Source of the DNA: an uncultured Flavobacteriales bacterium
GTDB taxonomy: Bacteria; Bacteroidota; Bacteroidia; Flavobacteriales; CAJXXR01
Length of the DNA stretch: 64,000 bases
Direction: 5' to 3'
Assembly: GCA_913063375.1 (NCBI GenBank)
Contig: CAJXXR010000003.1
Location: 70,051 to 134,050, forward strand
Part shown: positions 16,493 through 24,938 of the stretch, in pieces
Layout of the letters: every line of letters begins with the position of its first letter
Numbering within the stretch: the stretch's first letter is position 1
The notes under the pieces: model-generated
What the model was told of the DNA's origin: nothing
The model's input: the letters and a program-made list of their open reading frames with translations, nothing else
Databases searched by the model: none
Program-made: the position numbers and the translations under genes

Positions 16493-16518
16493 ATGAGAAA
16501 ACACTAGAATAACATTTA

Positions 16519-16947
16519 ATGAAAACGACAACATTTCTAACATTTGTAGGTGATCAATGCGGAAGGGCTGAAGAAGCGATAAATTTTTACACTTCTATCC
16601 TTCCGAATTCGGAAATTAAAAGCATAACAAAATACTCAGAAGGAGAGGCTGGAGGAACACCGGAGCTTATCAAATATGGGGTATTTACATTAAATGGTTC
16701 AGAGTTCATGGTTTCCGAAAGTAATTTTAATCACGCTTGGTCATTTACACCAGGGGTATCACTATTCGTTGAATGTAACACTGAAAATGAGATAGAAACT
16801 TTATTCGAAAAACTTTCTTCACAAGGAGGCCAGATTATGGTTCCTCTTGACAACTACGGCGGTTCAGGGGATTATGGCTTTGGTAAAAAATTCGGATGGT
16901 GTGAAGACAAATATGGTATTTCATGGCAACTTAACCTTTCAGAATAA
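16519..16947 (+). CDS. VOC-superfamily protein, PhnB/YjdN-like (3-demethylubiquinone-9 3-methyltransferase-domain type)
   Basis: The 142-aa ORF carries TTFLTF...AEEAINFY...FTPGVSLFVEC...MVPLDNYG...GISWQLN, which is typical of this small family. Confidence 0.7.
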   Translation: MKTTTFLTFVGDQCGRAEEAINFYTSILPNSEIKSITKYSEGEAGGTPELIKYGVFTLNGSEFMVSESNFNHAWSFTPGVSLFVECNTENEIETLFEKLSSQGGQIMVPLDNYGGSGDYGFGKKFGWCEDKYGISWQLNLSE

Positions 16948-17130
16948 TTTCCCCGTTGGCGCCAGTTTTCAACTGGTGTTCCGACATCCTAGGAATCAAT
17001 AACTAAAAACGAATTCATAGATCAAAACCCATTGATTACTTTAAGCCAGCGCTGCTGTCAGCTTATAACTGGAGGCTATAGTCATACCTAGAATGATATA
17101 AAATAGTTTCCAGGGGCAATGGAATAGAGT

Positions 17131-17293
17131 ATATTTTGAAAATAATTTGTTTCACCAGCTGGTCATTCTAGGACGATTTTGTAGCTTTATTTTTGCAAAA
17201 AATAAGCTCCGTTTGAGCAGGTAATATTCTGTAAAATCAATAGGAGTAGGAGGATAGAAGAATTTGATATATAGAACAAATACTCATATATTT
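17131..17293 (+). repeat. direct repeat R2b (non-coding)
   Basis: This is the second copy of R2. It ends about 28 nt before the ATG of 17322. Confidence 0.85.
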
Positions 17294-17321
17294 ATTTACC
17301 TTCAAGGATAAAAAATAACAA

Positions 17322-17870
17322 ATGAAAAAAGTATTAATACTTCCGATTCTAATTTCGATGATATTGGCTTGTTCAGATTCAAAACAATATGATGCTGAAA
17401 TTTATAGAAATGAAAAATTACAGATAGAAAATGATAGCTTAAAAGCAATAATTGCTAAAAACAAGTCTAATACAAAAAAGCAAATCACTACTTTCCTGAC
17501 TTTTCAAGAAAATAATGCAGAAGAGGCTATGAACTTTTATGTGGGGCTATTTGAAAATTCCGAGGTTTTAGATATCCAACGATATGGGAAGGATGGACCA
17601 GCCAAAGAAGGAAGTGTACTGTTTGCCAGATTTAGACTAAACGGAAAGGAAGTCCTTTGTAGTGATAGCTATATTAAACACGAATGGAATTTTACGCCTG
17701 CTGTTTCAATGTTTGTGGATTGTCGTACTGTTAAAGAATTGGAAAGATTGTTTGCGAAACTATCGGAAAATGGTAAAGTGATGATGCCACTTGACAATTA
17801 TGGTTTTAGCCAAAAGTTTGGATTTGTAGAGGATAAGTTTGGAATATCTTGGCAGTTAAATTTTCAGTAA
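17322..17870 (+). CDS. lipoprotein with PhnB/YjdN-like VOC domain
   Basis: It has a lipoprotein leader (..MILACSDSK) and a short coiled segment. A domain paralogous to 16519..16947 follows (TTFLTF, FTPAVSMFVDC, MMPLDNYG, GISWQLN). Confidence 0.7.
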   Translation: MKKVLILPILISMILACSDSKQYDAEIYRNEKLQIENDSLKAIIAKNKSNTKKQITTFLTFQENNAEEAMNFYVGLFENSEVLDIQRYGKDGPAKEGSVLFARFRLNGKEVLCSDSYIKHEWNFTPAVSMFVDCRTVKELERLFAKLSENGKVMMPLDNYGFSQKFGFVEDKFGISWQLNFQ

Positions 17871-17911
17871 AAATGATGCTTTATTTCATCTATCAAATAT
17901 ATGTATATAAG

Positions 17912-17936
17912 AAAAGCCCCTTAAATAGGGGCTTTT
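17912..17936. terminator. rho-independent terminator hairpin (AAAAGCCCCT/AGGGGCTTTT)
   Basis: It lies 40 nt after the 17322..17870 stop. It is a near-duplicate of 21916..21944. Confidence 0.7.
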
Positions 17937-17960
17937 CTTATTTTAATAGAATCCTTTTAA

Positions 17961-18068
17961 TTAATTGATCATTAGTTTTGTTAAGTAGGTATTATCCTTT
18001 GACATTATCTCCGCAAAATAGATTCCTTTACTAATTTCGGAACTCAAATCGATATTTGAAAAATCATT
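17961..18068 (-). pseudogene. remnant of a T9SS C-terminal sorting domain (last 35 codons only)
   Basis: The minus strand reads NDFSNIDLSSEISKGIYFAEIMSKDNTYLTKLMIN*. This parallels the C-terminus of 21984..22826 (NDFSNIDLSAKISTGIYFVEIISKENSYLTKLMIN*). Homology stops exactly at the stop codon of 18067..18702. Confidence 0.75.
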
Positions 18069-18702
18069 ATATTCTATAGCCAATACCTAGCGTGAAATTA
18101 TTTACTGAAATATCATAATCAGTGGAATACCACTTTTTTCCTAGTGTTGGTTTTGAATTGAAATAAGAATAGGCAAGCATCATGTCTATACCTTTTCCTA
18201 CATGCAGGCGTGTTCCCAATCCAATCGAATAGGCCAAAGCTTCACCTGTTGCTTTTGGTACCATGACATCAACGAAGCTGTGTAATGGGTGAGTTAACTG
18301 ATCTCGACTGGAATTTGCATAGCCCAATTGTAGGTTAAAATCAAAATTAAATTTTCCTTTTGGAACAGTCGCAATTCCCCCTAGTAGAAATCCGGAAGAA
18401 TGATAACTCCAGCGCGTTTTTTCATAGGGTACATCGCTATCCCAACTTTGTAAAAAAACATTAGCTGATATGCCAAAGTTAGTATGAAAAAAATAGGCTC
18501 CATTCAAGTTGTAGCTACGCCCTCTATCAGCAAAGCCTCCTTTTTGATTATTCAGATTTGTTGACCCAAAATCCCCTAAAGGTATACTAGGACCTATTGA
18601 TATTCCAATAAATCCATTTTGTTCAAATTGCATTTGTTGTTTATCCTGAGCGTAGCTCAAAGCACTGATCATTAATCCAGCGAGAAAGAGTAAATTTTTC
18701 AT
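18067..18702 (-). CDS. small outer-membrane beta-barrel protein (paralog of 57454..58077)
   Basis: It has a signal peptide ending in SYAQ and alternating Gly/aromatic strands. It shares blocks with the paralog (GGIATVPKGKFNFDFNLQLGYA versus GGIATIPKGNFNFDFKLQFGYA). Confidence 0.75.
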   Translation of the reverse strand: MKNLLFLAGLMISALSYAQDKQQMQFEQNGFIGISIGPSIPLGDFGSTNLNNQKGGFADRGRSYNLNGAYFFHTNFGISANVFLQSWDSDVPYEKTRWSYHSSGFLLGGIATVPKGKFNFDFNLQLGYANSSRDQLTHPLHSFVDVMVPKATGEALAYSIGLGTRLHVGKGIDMMLAYSYFNSKPTLGKKWYSTDYDISVNNFTLGIGYRI

Positions 18703-18955
18703 TTTTCTTTAATTTTTTATTATGTTATCAAATATAACAAAAAATGTAATTATAAATTGAGGATAGGTCCTTCCTGTGCTGTCGATAAATATCAACAGGA
18801 ACGCTCACAAGCTTATAGTGTAAACGTCAAAAAAGATGCGCCTTCTTAGAGGGAGGGTGGATTTTAGATTTCATTTTAAACTGTAGTTGTATAAAATCCT
18901 ACTCTAAAATGATTACTTTTAGTAGGAAGACTTATTTAATGAGAAAAGGTGATCA

Positions 18956-20377
18956 ATGACAATAATAGATTTTAGGGTAGGTGCCAAATCAGAATTTCCA
19001 GAAATAACAAGATTCAAATTTGTAGTTGGTATATTAATTGGACTTTTTTATGCTATTTCCTTTTATTCCTACTTATACATTATTAGAGAAACTTTCCGGA
19101 TTCTTTCAGTTACGGAGGGGTATGATTTATGGATTCTAACAAGCAAAGAATCCAATTTTTATAATTTAATATTTGCATTTTTATCTGTCATTCTTGGTCA
19201 ATCTATGTGTTTTACATTTTGGCTCGATCGGCCTAAAAGAATATTTGGTAAACAATGCTATCAAAGGAGATTAATAGTAAATGATCAGCGGGTATTAAAT
19301 TGGTATTTTTTAAGTTGGTTTTCAAAATTGAGTGTTGCTTTTGCGGTAATGTTTGGGATTACAATGCAAGGTGCCTTCCATACTATAAGTTTTTATCCAG
19401 ACTACAATTATATTTTTATACTTGTTCTAATTGTACTGTTCTTCCAAACATGGAATACAATAATCTTGAAGTATAAACGGAAAAGTTACAAATGGATATT
19501 GTATTCAATCGTTAGTGTATCTGTTACTGCTTTCGGATTATCTAGGATTGATTTAATTGATTCCGATTCCATCAATAAAGTTGCTTTACAGAAAAATACA
19601 CAGTACAAATATCATCTTGAACTGCCTTCTTCTGCCAGCTTTAAAAAACGTAATGCGTATTATAATATTGGAGATATTTATTTAGTTAATTCAGAAGATC
19701 AAGGTTTTGGTACTAAACCCATAATTGTGATTGATAGTAAGGAGTTTGCATTGACGGGGCTAAAAGATCAAATTGCTTTTTGGAAATCAAAGTATGGTGA
19801 AAGGGAAATTCGTCTATTGTATTGTCGTTTGCACATTCACAAAACCATTGATATGGAATTTATTAATGCCCTAAAGAAGGAATTATCAAATGCAGGAATC
19901 AATAAAATTGCCTATGCGGTAACTCCCAAGGATTATGAATATGATAGTAGGTATGATCAGGGATTCTCTATTAACTGGCGTTTATTTAATTGGGATTTAC
20001 CATCCATTAATCTTAAGGAGATTTTGAATGACGTAAAGAAATTTCAAAATTGTATTGTTGTCAAACAAGATGAAAGCGGAAATTGTATTGTTAATGCTGA
20101 AGAAGTGAACAACTATAGAACCAGTATCAAGCAATTAATAATGGAAAATCAGGATTATATTATCAAATACTTCATCAATGATGCGGTTAGCTTTGAGGCC
20201 TATTTGGACGTCTTGTCAACTACCAAAGAGGTTGTTCATGAATTGAGAAATAAATATTCAGTAAGATTGTATGGAAAGCAATTTGAATCGCTCAATAGCG
20301 TGGATAAAAAATTGGTTAGGAAAAAGTATCCCCTAAATATTATGGAAATACCTGGGGAGCAAGCTTCTTCATTTTAA
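18956..20377 (+). CDS. polytopic membrane protein, function unknown (C-terminal half weakly ExbD/TolR-like)
   Basis: The 473-aa ORF has about 6 N-terminal TM helices followed by a soluble region. The ExbD-like impression (..IHKTIDMEFINALKKELSNAGINKIAYAV) is tentative. Confidence 0.6.
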   Translation: MTIIDFRVGAKSEFPEITRFKFVVGILIGLFYAISFYSYLYIIRETFRILSVTEGYDLWILTSKESNFYNLIFAFLSVILGQSMCFTFWLDRPKRIFGKQCYQRRLIVNDQRVLNWYFLSWFSKLSVAFAVMFGITMQGAFHTISFYPDYNYIFILVLIVLFFQTWNTIILKYKRKSYKWILYSIVSVSVTAFGLSRIDLIDSDSINKVALQKNTQYKYHLELPSSASFKKRNAYYNIGDIYLVNSEDQGFGTKPIIVIDSKEFALTGLKDQIAFWKSKYGEREIRLLYCRLHIHKTIDMEFINALKKELSNAGINKIAYAVTPKDYEYDSRYDQGFSINWRLFNWDLPSINLKEILNDVKKFQNCIVVKQDESGNCIVNAEEVNNYRTSIKQLIMENQDYIIKYFINDAVSFEAYLDVLSTTKEVVHELRNKYSVRLYGKQFESLNSVDKKLVRKKYPLNIMEIPGEQASSF

Positions 20378-20402
20378 AATAAATTGGATTAGGTATGAAA
20401 AT

Positions 20403-20437
20403 AAAAAAGACTTATATGAAACATATAAGTCTTTTTT
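20403..20437. terminator. bidirectional terminator hairpin of the AAGACTTA/TAAGTCTT family
   Basis: The sequence AAAAAAGACTTATATG-AAA-CATATAAGTCTTTTTT lies between convergent genes. Confidence 0.8.
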
Positions 20438-20499
20438 GTGATTATAATAGGACCTTTTCAAGGTCTTTGTAGTGTTTAAAATAGTAACCCAAAGTTGCC

Positions 20500-21549
20500 T
20501 TAATATTTATCCTTTTTATTTATCATTTTAACTAAATAACTAGCATCTTTGGCTACTCCACCTAAAGTTGCTGATCCACGCGTATACATCCATGGTAAGC
20601 CAATAAAATATAAACCTTCTATATTGCTTACTCCTCTGTAATTTTTGGGATAACTATCTCCATCTAGTTCTAATCCTTCTATCCATGTGAAATTTGGACG
20701 GTAACCTGTCGCCCAAACAATATTTTTAATGGTAGATACCTTTTTATGCTCAAAAATGATTTCTTCATTTAAAGCATCTTTAGTTCTTCCTCCAGATATT
20801 ACGTTCTTTCTCGAAAGTATTTCCTTAACATCGGTACCAATAATTGGTTGAGGAATAGAGCTGATTTTCTTTCCTATCCAACTATACTTAGTATAACTTA
20901 AAAAACCGATTAGTGTAAACCACCACCAAAGTGTTTTACCTAAAAATTGTTGAGGTATTGATTTTATATTGGTATCACCAGAAAAATAAACGGTTCTAGA
21001 TGCATCTTTAGAAATTTCGTCCAGAATTTGATATCCAGAATCTCCACTTCCAACTACCAATGCATCACCTTCCTGTAACTGATGCGTACCTTTATAATAG
21101 TTACTATGCATTTGAAGTATACTATCAGAAATCTTAGTATGACAAGGAGGAGTATAGGGAGTGTGGAATGGCCCGGTGGCAACAATTACATTTTTTGTCT
21201 CAATTTCACCATCTTTATGCGTAACGTAAAAACCATTTTCTGATTTACGTACAGAAGTAACTAACGTATTAAGTTGTACAGGAATATTAAATTTCTCTAC
21301 ATATGATTTAAAATAGTTAGCAACTTCAAACTTAGTTGGATAATGTCCTTTGGGTGCATTAAATTTTAAGCCTGGTAAATGATTGTATTCGGTGGGTGTG
21401 AATAATTTTAAAGAGTCCCATCTATTCAACCAAGAAGCACCAATTTCTTTCTCTCCATCAAGAACTATAAACTTTTTCCCCATTATTCCTAAATGGTAAG
21501 CCATAGTCAATCCTGCTTGTGCGCCTCCAATTACTACAAAATCTAGCAT
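20500..21549 (-). CDS. NAD(P)/FAD-dependent oxidoreductase (flavin monooxygenase-like)
   Basis: It has an N-terminal VVIGGAQAG dinucleotide motif and a second GSGDSG motif. The ATGYRP block is typical of this family. Confidence 0.75.
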   Translation of the reverse strand: MLDFVVIGGAQAGLTMAYHLGIMGKKFIVLDGEKEIGASWLNRWDSLKLFTPTEYNHLPGLKFNAPKGHYPTKFEVANYFKSYVEKFNIPVQLNTLVTSVRKSENGFYVTHKDGEIETKNVIVATGPFHTPYTPPCHTKISDSILQMHSNYYKGTHQLQEGDALVVGSGDSGYQILDEISKDASRTVYFSGDTNIKSIPQQFLGKTLWWWFTLIGFLSYTKYSWIGKKISSIPQPIIGTDVKEILSRKNVISGGRTKDALNEEIIFEHKKVSTIKNIVWATGYRPNFTWIEGLELDGDSYPKNYRGVSNIEGLYFIGLPWMYTRGSATLGGVAKDASYLVKMINKKDKY

Positions 21550-21915
21550 CTATTGTTTCTTTGTAATTAACGTGTCAAAAATAGGCATAATATCAGTTCT
21601 ATTGGATTAATCCCAAGTATAATGATTATTAATTGTTGTTTTCGTGTTAGGTCTTTGATATTGAGTTGCTTGGGTTAAGATTTGCTAGTTTATTTTTTAA
21701 ATATATTTAATGACCTTGAATCTTACATTTTAATAAATTGTGGTTTATTTCATCAATATTAATCTTGAGCCCTCACGTTTTGGTAAAGATAGTTCGGAAG
21801 GTATCTATCCTAAAAGATAGAATTAAATAAAGGAATTACAATATGATATTGTTTAGCTGGGTGAATACTAAAAGAGCCTATTCATTTGTTTATGGAAGAA
21901 GGTGATATGTAAAAC

Positions 21916-21944
21916 AAAAAAGCCCCTGAAATAGGGGCTTTTTA
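21916..21944 (-). terminator. rho-independent terminator of 21984..22826
   Basis: The sequence is AAAAAGCCCCT-GAAAT-AGGGGCTTTTT. Confidence 0.75.
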
Positions 21945-21983
21945 TATAATATTGGATCTTTAGATTAAAAGAATCCTTTATAA

Positions 21984-22826
21984 TTAATTGATCATTAGTT
22001 TTGTTAAGTAAGAATTTTCCTTGGATATGATCTCAACGAAATATATTCCAGTACTAATTTTAGCACTCAAATCGATATTTGAAAAATCGTTTAAGATGGT
22101 TACAATTAGTTTTCCCGTTGAATTATAGATTTTCACATTTTCTATTTCATTATCACTTTCAATGGAGAAAATTCCATTACTAGATGGATTTGGGAAAATA
22201 GTAACATTTGAGTCATTTGTATACTCCGTAACACCTACTGAATTGTAAAGGGTCATTGTTCCAGTGGAGGAATAAATATCATCATTCCAAGCCGTACTAC
22301 CACCAACTGCTGCGGCTGTAAGGATTGGCTGTCCTAGCGCATTTTCAGGAATCAAATCAGATCTTTTCATCCCAATGGTTATAGTGGCATTTACTTCATC
22401 TACAACTATATCCAAATTGTTACTGTACAGATTGGTATAGTTGTAAGAATTTACACCCATAGCATCTGCAATACCTATAGTTCCAGAATAACCTGAAGGA
22501 GGTGTTCCTACAACCCAACCAGTAACCAGTTTGTGGAAGGAATTCGAGTTGTCTGCTCCCCAGAAGTTGAAAGTGGAACCTCCATCATTATAATTAACCA
22601 TAATATTGAATCCTAGATCCAATGATTGAGCTGCGGTTATTTCAGAAGTTGTAATTCTGAACCATAAGGAATCTGAAGGGCCGTCATGGTAATATTCAAA
22701 CAGACTACCATCCAGCAAGGTTGGGTTTGATCCATCAGCTGAATTATCACTGGAAATAGTTGTGTACTGTGCGTTTACTGATGCATAGCATAGAACTACG
22801 CAAAGAATAGAGAATACTCTTTTCAT
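21984..22826 (-). CDS. secreted protein with T9SS C-terminal sorting domain
   Basis: The start is placed at the internal MKRVFSILCVVLCYASVNAQ signal peptide; the track ORF extends to 22892. The C-terminus is VTIFPNPSSNGIF...GIYFVEIISKEN. Confidence 0.75.
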   Translation of the reverse strand: MKRVFSILCVVLCYASVNAQYTTISSDNSADGSNPTLLDGSLFEYYHDGPSDSLWFRITTSEITAAQSLDLGFNIMVNYNDGGSTFNFWGADNSNSFHKLVTGWVVGTPPSGYSGTIGIADAMGVNSYNYTNLYSNNLDIVVDEVNATITIGMKRSDLIPENALGQPILTAAAVGGSTAWNDDIYSSTGTMTLYNSVGVTEYTNDSNVTIFPNPSSNGIFSIESDNEIENVKIYNSTGKLIVTILNDFSNIDLSAKISTGIYFVEIISKENSYLTKLMIN

Positions 22827-23100
22827 AAAAATGAAATTTAGAAATGTTAGAAAAATAAAAATGCAATTTATATATTTTTTTTGAATATCCAAGGTTGATA
22901 GTCCGAGTATTAGTATTTTTTTGAATAAAAATATTGACGGTTGATTTTATTCAGTTAGCTTGATAATCAGTGGCGTTGGTGTCTGACCCCATTATTTTTG
23001 CATGAAAAATTTATATCAGGTTTGGCGAATTATTGTGTTAATGTAATTAATGTTCTTGGACTATATTCTTTTTTACGATACATGTAAACAAGATTATATA

Positions 23101-23142
23101 CCGAAAAAAGACCTACATGTTTCATGTAAGTCTTTTTTCGGT
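23101..23142 (-). terminator. terminator hairpin of the AAGAC(C/T)TA/TAAGTCTT family
   Basis: The sequence CCGAAAAAAGACCTACATG-TT-TCATGTAAGTCTTTTTTCGG lies 6 nt beyond the stop of 23148..23813. Confidence 0.75.
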
Positions 23143-23147
23143 TGTGT

Positions 23148-23813
23148 TTAGAATTGTTTAATCAATCCTAACTGACCATACATGGGGATAGTCGCTTTTT
23201 CATCCTTTAATTCAGTCATAATGATTCCTGTTTTAAATGATAAAGCTAGTGTTGAATTAATGGATTTTGATCCGCTAATACCAAAGTGAAAATTGCCTCC
23301 CGTAGGGACATACCAACCATCTTTTATATCTGGGTAATTGGCTCGTATTTTTGAAGAATGTTTCAAATGAGTACTTATGGACTTTTGATGACCAAATTCT
23401 GTGGAAACATGCCATTTTGGTCTATAATACCCTATTTTTAATGATAATTCTGATCCAAAGCTAGCCATTCTTACCATTTCAGTTTCATGCCTTTTGAAAT
23501 TGGTGGATACCTTAGCCGAAAGAATGTAATTGTTGATTTGGTACACTTTAAATAATCCATTAATTCGAAGTTTAAAATCATCCAAAATTACATTTCCCAT
23601 TGGGGCAGAAACATCAATACCAAGATAGAAAGGTTTCGTTTTTGGTATCAACTTATAGAAACCAATTTGGCTAGTAAGTCCAAAATCGTATCCAAAGTCT
23701 AAAGTACTAAGGTTTTTATTTTCAGATGATATGGAATTCCAATTAATGTTTTGGGCCTTGGCGCAAATCGTACTAAGGAATAGAATCGGAAGAAATATTT
23801 TGAGTAGTTTCAT
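23148..23813 (-). CDS. hypothetical outer-membrane beta-barrel protein
   Basis: It has a signal peptide and alternating-strand composition. The C-terminal residue is Phe. Confidence 0.6.
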   Translation of the reverse strand: MKLLKIFLPILFLSTICAKAQNINWNSISSENKNLSTLDFGYDFGLTSQIGFYKLIPKTKPFYLGIDVSAPMGNVILDDFKLRINGLFKVYQINNYILSAKVSTNFKRHETEMVRMASFGSELSLKIGYYRPKWHVSTEFGHQKSISTHLKHSSKIRANYPDIKDGWYVPTGGNFHFGISGSKSINSTLALSFKTGIIMTELKDEKATIPMYGQLGLIKQF

Positions 23814-23835
23814 AATTTTTGTCTTGGTTTATTTA

Positions 23836-24816
23836 TTATTTCAATTGGTTCAGGTAGTTCAATGCAACGGGGTAAAAAGCATCCCAATTGGAATGAATAA
23901 GTTCATGACCTGCATTTTGAATTTCAACCAATTCTACATTGGATAGTGAACTAGACACAAGTTCAGCATGTGATTTACCATAGGCTTTATTCAATTCGCT
24001 ATAGATGAATAAGGATTTGGGTTGGAATTGATGTAATTGAGAAGTAAAATCAAATGGATTGTCAATTACATGATCCATCAAACCTGCTCTACAGTGGTAA
24101 CCAAATCTCCAATAGGGAGTTGGTTCTGTTAAACCTGTCTTATTTCCAGATTCAGCTTCATTAGCTGAACCTAGACTAAATTTATAATCGAGGGTATTAT
24201 AGTCTGATCCCGTGATGAATTGGTCTTGATAAACAAAGTCATTCAAAGTCTCATCAAAGAGATCAGTTGGTTGTGTATTTTCAAGGTATTTCTTTGTATC
24301 CTTCCATGTAAAACCACCTGGTTCAATAAAGATGGCACCATCTACAAAATTTGGATTTTGATCTAAATACCCTGCTGCCAACATCGCTCCCCAAGAGTGA
24401 CCTAGTAAAAATACTTTTTGATTTTGTCCTTTATAGTAATTTATGACAGCCTCTAAATCGTCAATCATCAATTGTGTATTGTAGATTTCTTTTGGGTGTC
24501 GCTTGGAAAGTCCACAACCTCGTTGATCGTAAAAGACAACGAAAAACCCATCCTCGCTTAATTGGCTGCAGTTTAATATACTTCGGTAATCCGCTCCAGG
24601 GCCTCCATGAATTACTAGAACCATTGGGTCGTTTGGATTACCAAAAGTTTCAGAATGAAGAATGGTATTGTTTATTGCTATAGATGGTATGGATGTGTCT
24701 TCTATAACAGTAAGTGGAACTAGGTTTCCATTTTGGGATAATTCCATTTTTTCACATGAGCCAAAAATTAGATTGATGGCGATCAATACAAATGAGTAAA
24801 GAATAGTACGTTTCAT
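23836..24816 (-). CDS. alpha/beta hydrolase (prolyl aminopeptidase-like)
   Basis: It carries HGGPG and the GHSWGAML nucleophile elbow, plus a C-terminal GHE.. His block. A signal/lipoprotein leader is present. Confidence 0.75.
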   Translation of the reverse strand: MKRTILYSFVLIAINLIFGSCEKMELSQNGNLVPLTVIEDTSIPSIAINNTILHSETFGNPNDPMVLVIHGGPGADYRSILNCSQLSEDGFFVVFYDQRGCGLSKRHPKEIYNTQLMIDDLEAVINYYKGQNQKVFLLGHSWGAMLAAGYLDQNPNFVDGAIFIEPGGFTWKDTKKYLENTQPTDLFDETLNDFVYQDQFITGSDYNTLDYKFSLGSANEAESGNKTGLTEPTPYWRFGYHCRAGLMDHVIDNPFDFTSQLHQFQPKSLFIYSELNKAYGKSHAELVSSSLSNVELVEIQNAGHELIHSNWDAFYPVALNYLNQLK

Positions 24817-24938
24817 GTTTGCTTTTTTAGTTATTGTAATTTCTTAAGCAAACGTACTATTTGTGTTTAAACGAATCGCTTCAGCGTATAAGTTGCACCT
24901 TTAAATAGGTGGTACCTTGTAGGCAAATACGTAATTAA

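Noticed and set aside
15015-17900. I considered a complete integron or a cassette array.
   Set aside because: There is no intI-like tyrosine recombinase. Only one attC-shaped unit (16356-16492) exists, and its terminal 7-mers do not fit RYYYAAC/GTTRRRY. R2 is not palindromic. I kept this only as a low-confidence idea to test.
22827-22892. The track gives 21984..22892 a 22-codon N-terminal extension (MDIQKKYINCIFIFLTFLNFIF).
   Set aside because: The internal Met at 22826 starts a canonical signal peptide (MKRVFSILCVVLCYASVNAQ). The extension is AT-rich promoter-like sequence.
23731-23946. A 71-aa plus-strand ORF spans the junction of 23148..23813 and 23836..24816.
   Set aside because: It is antisense to two well-supported minus-strand genes.
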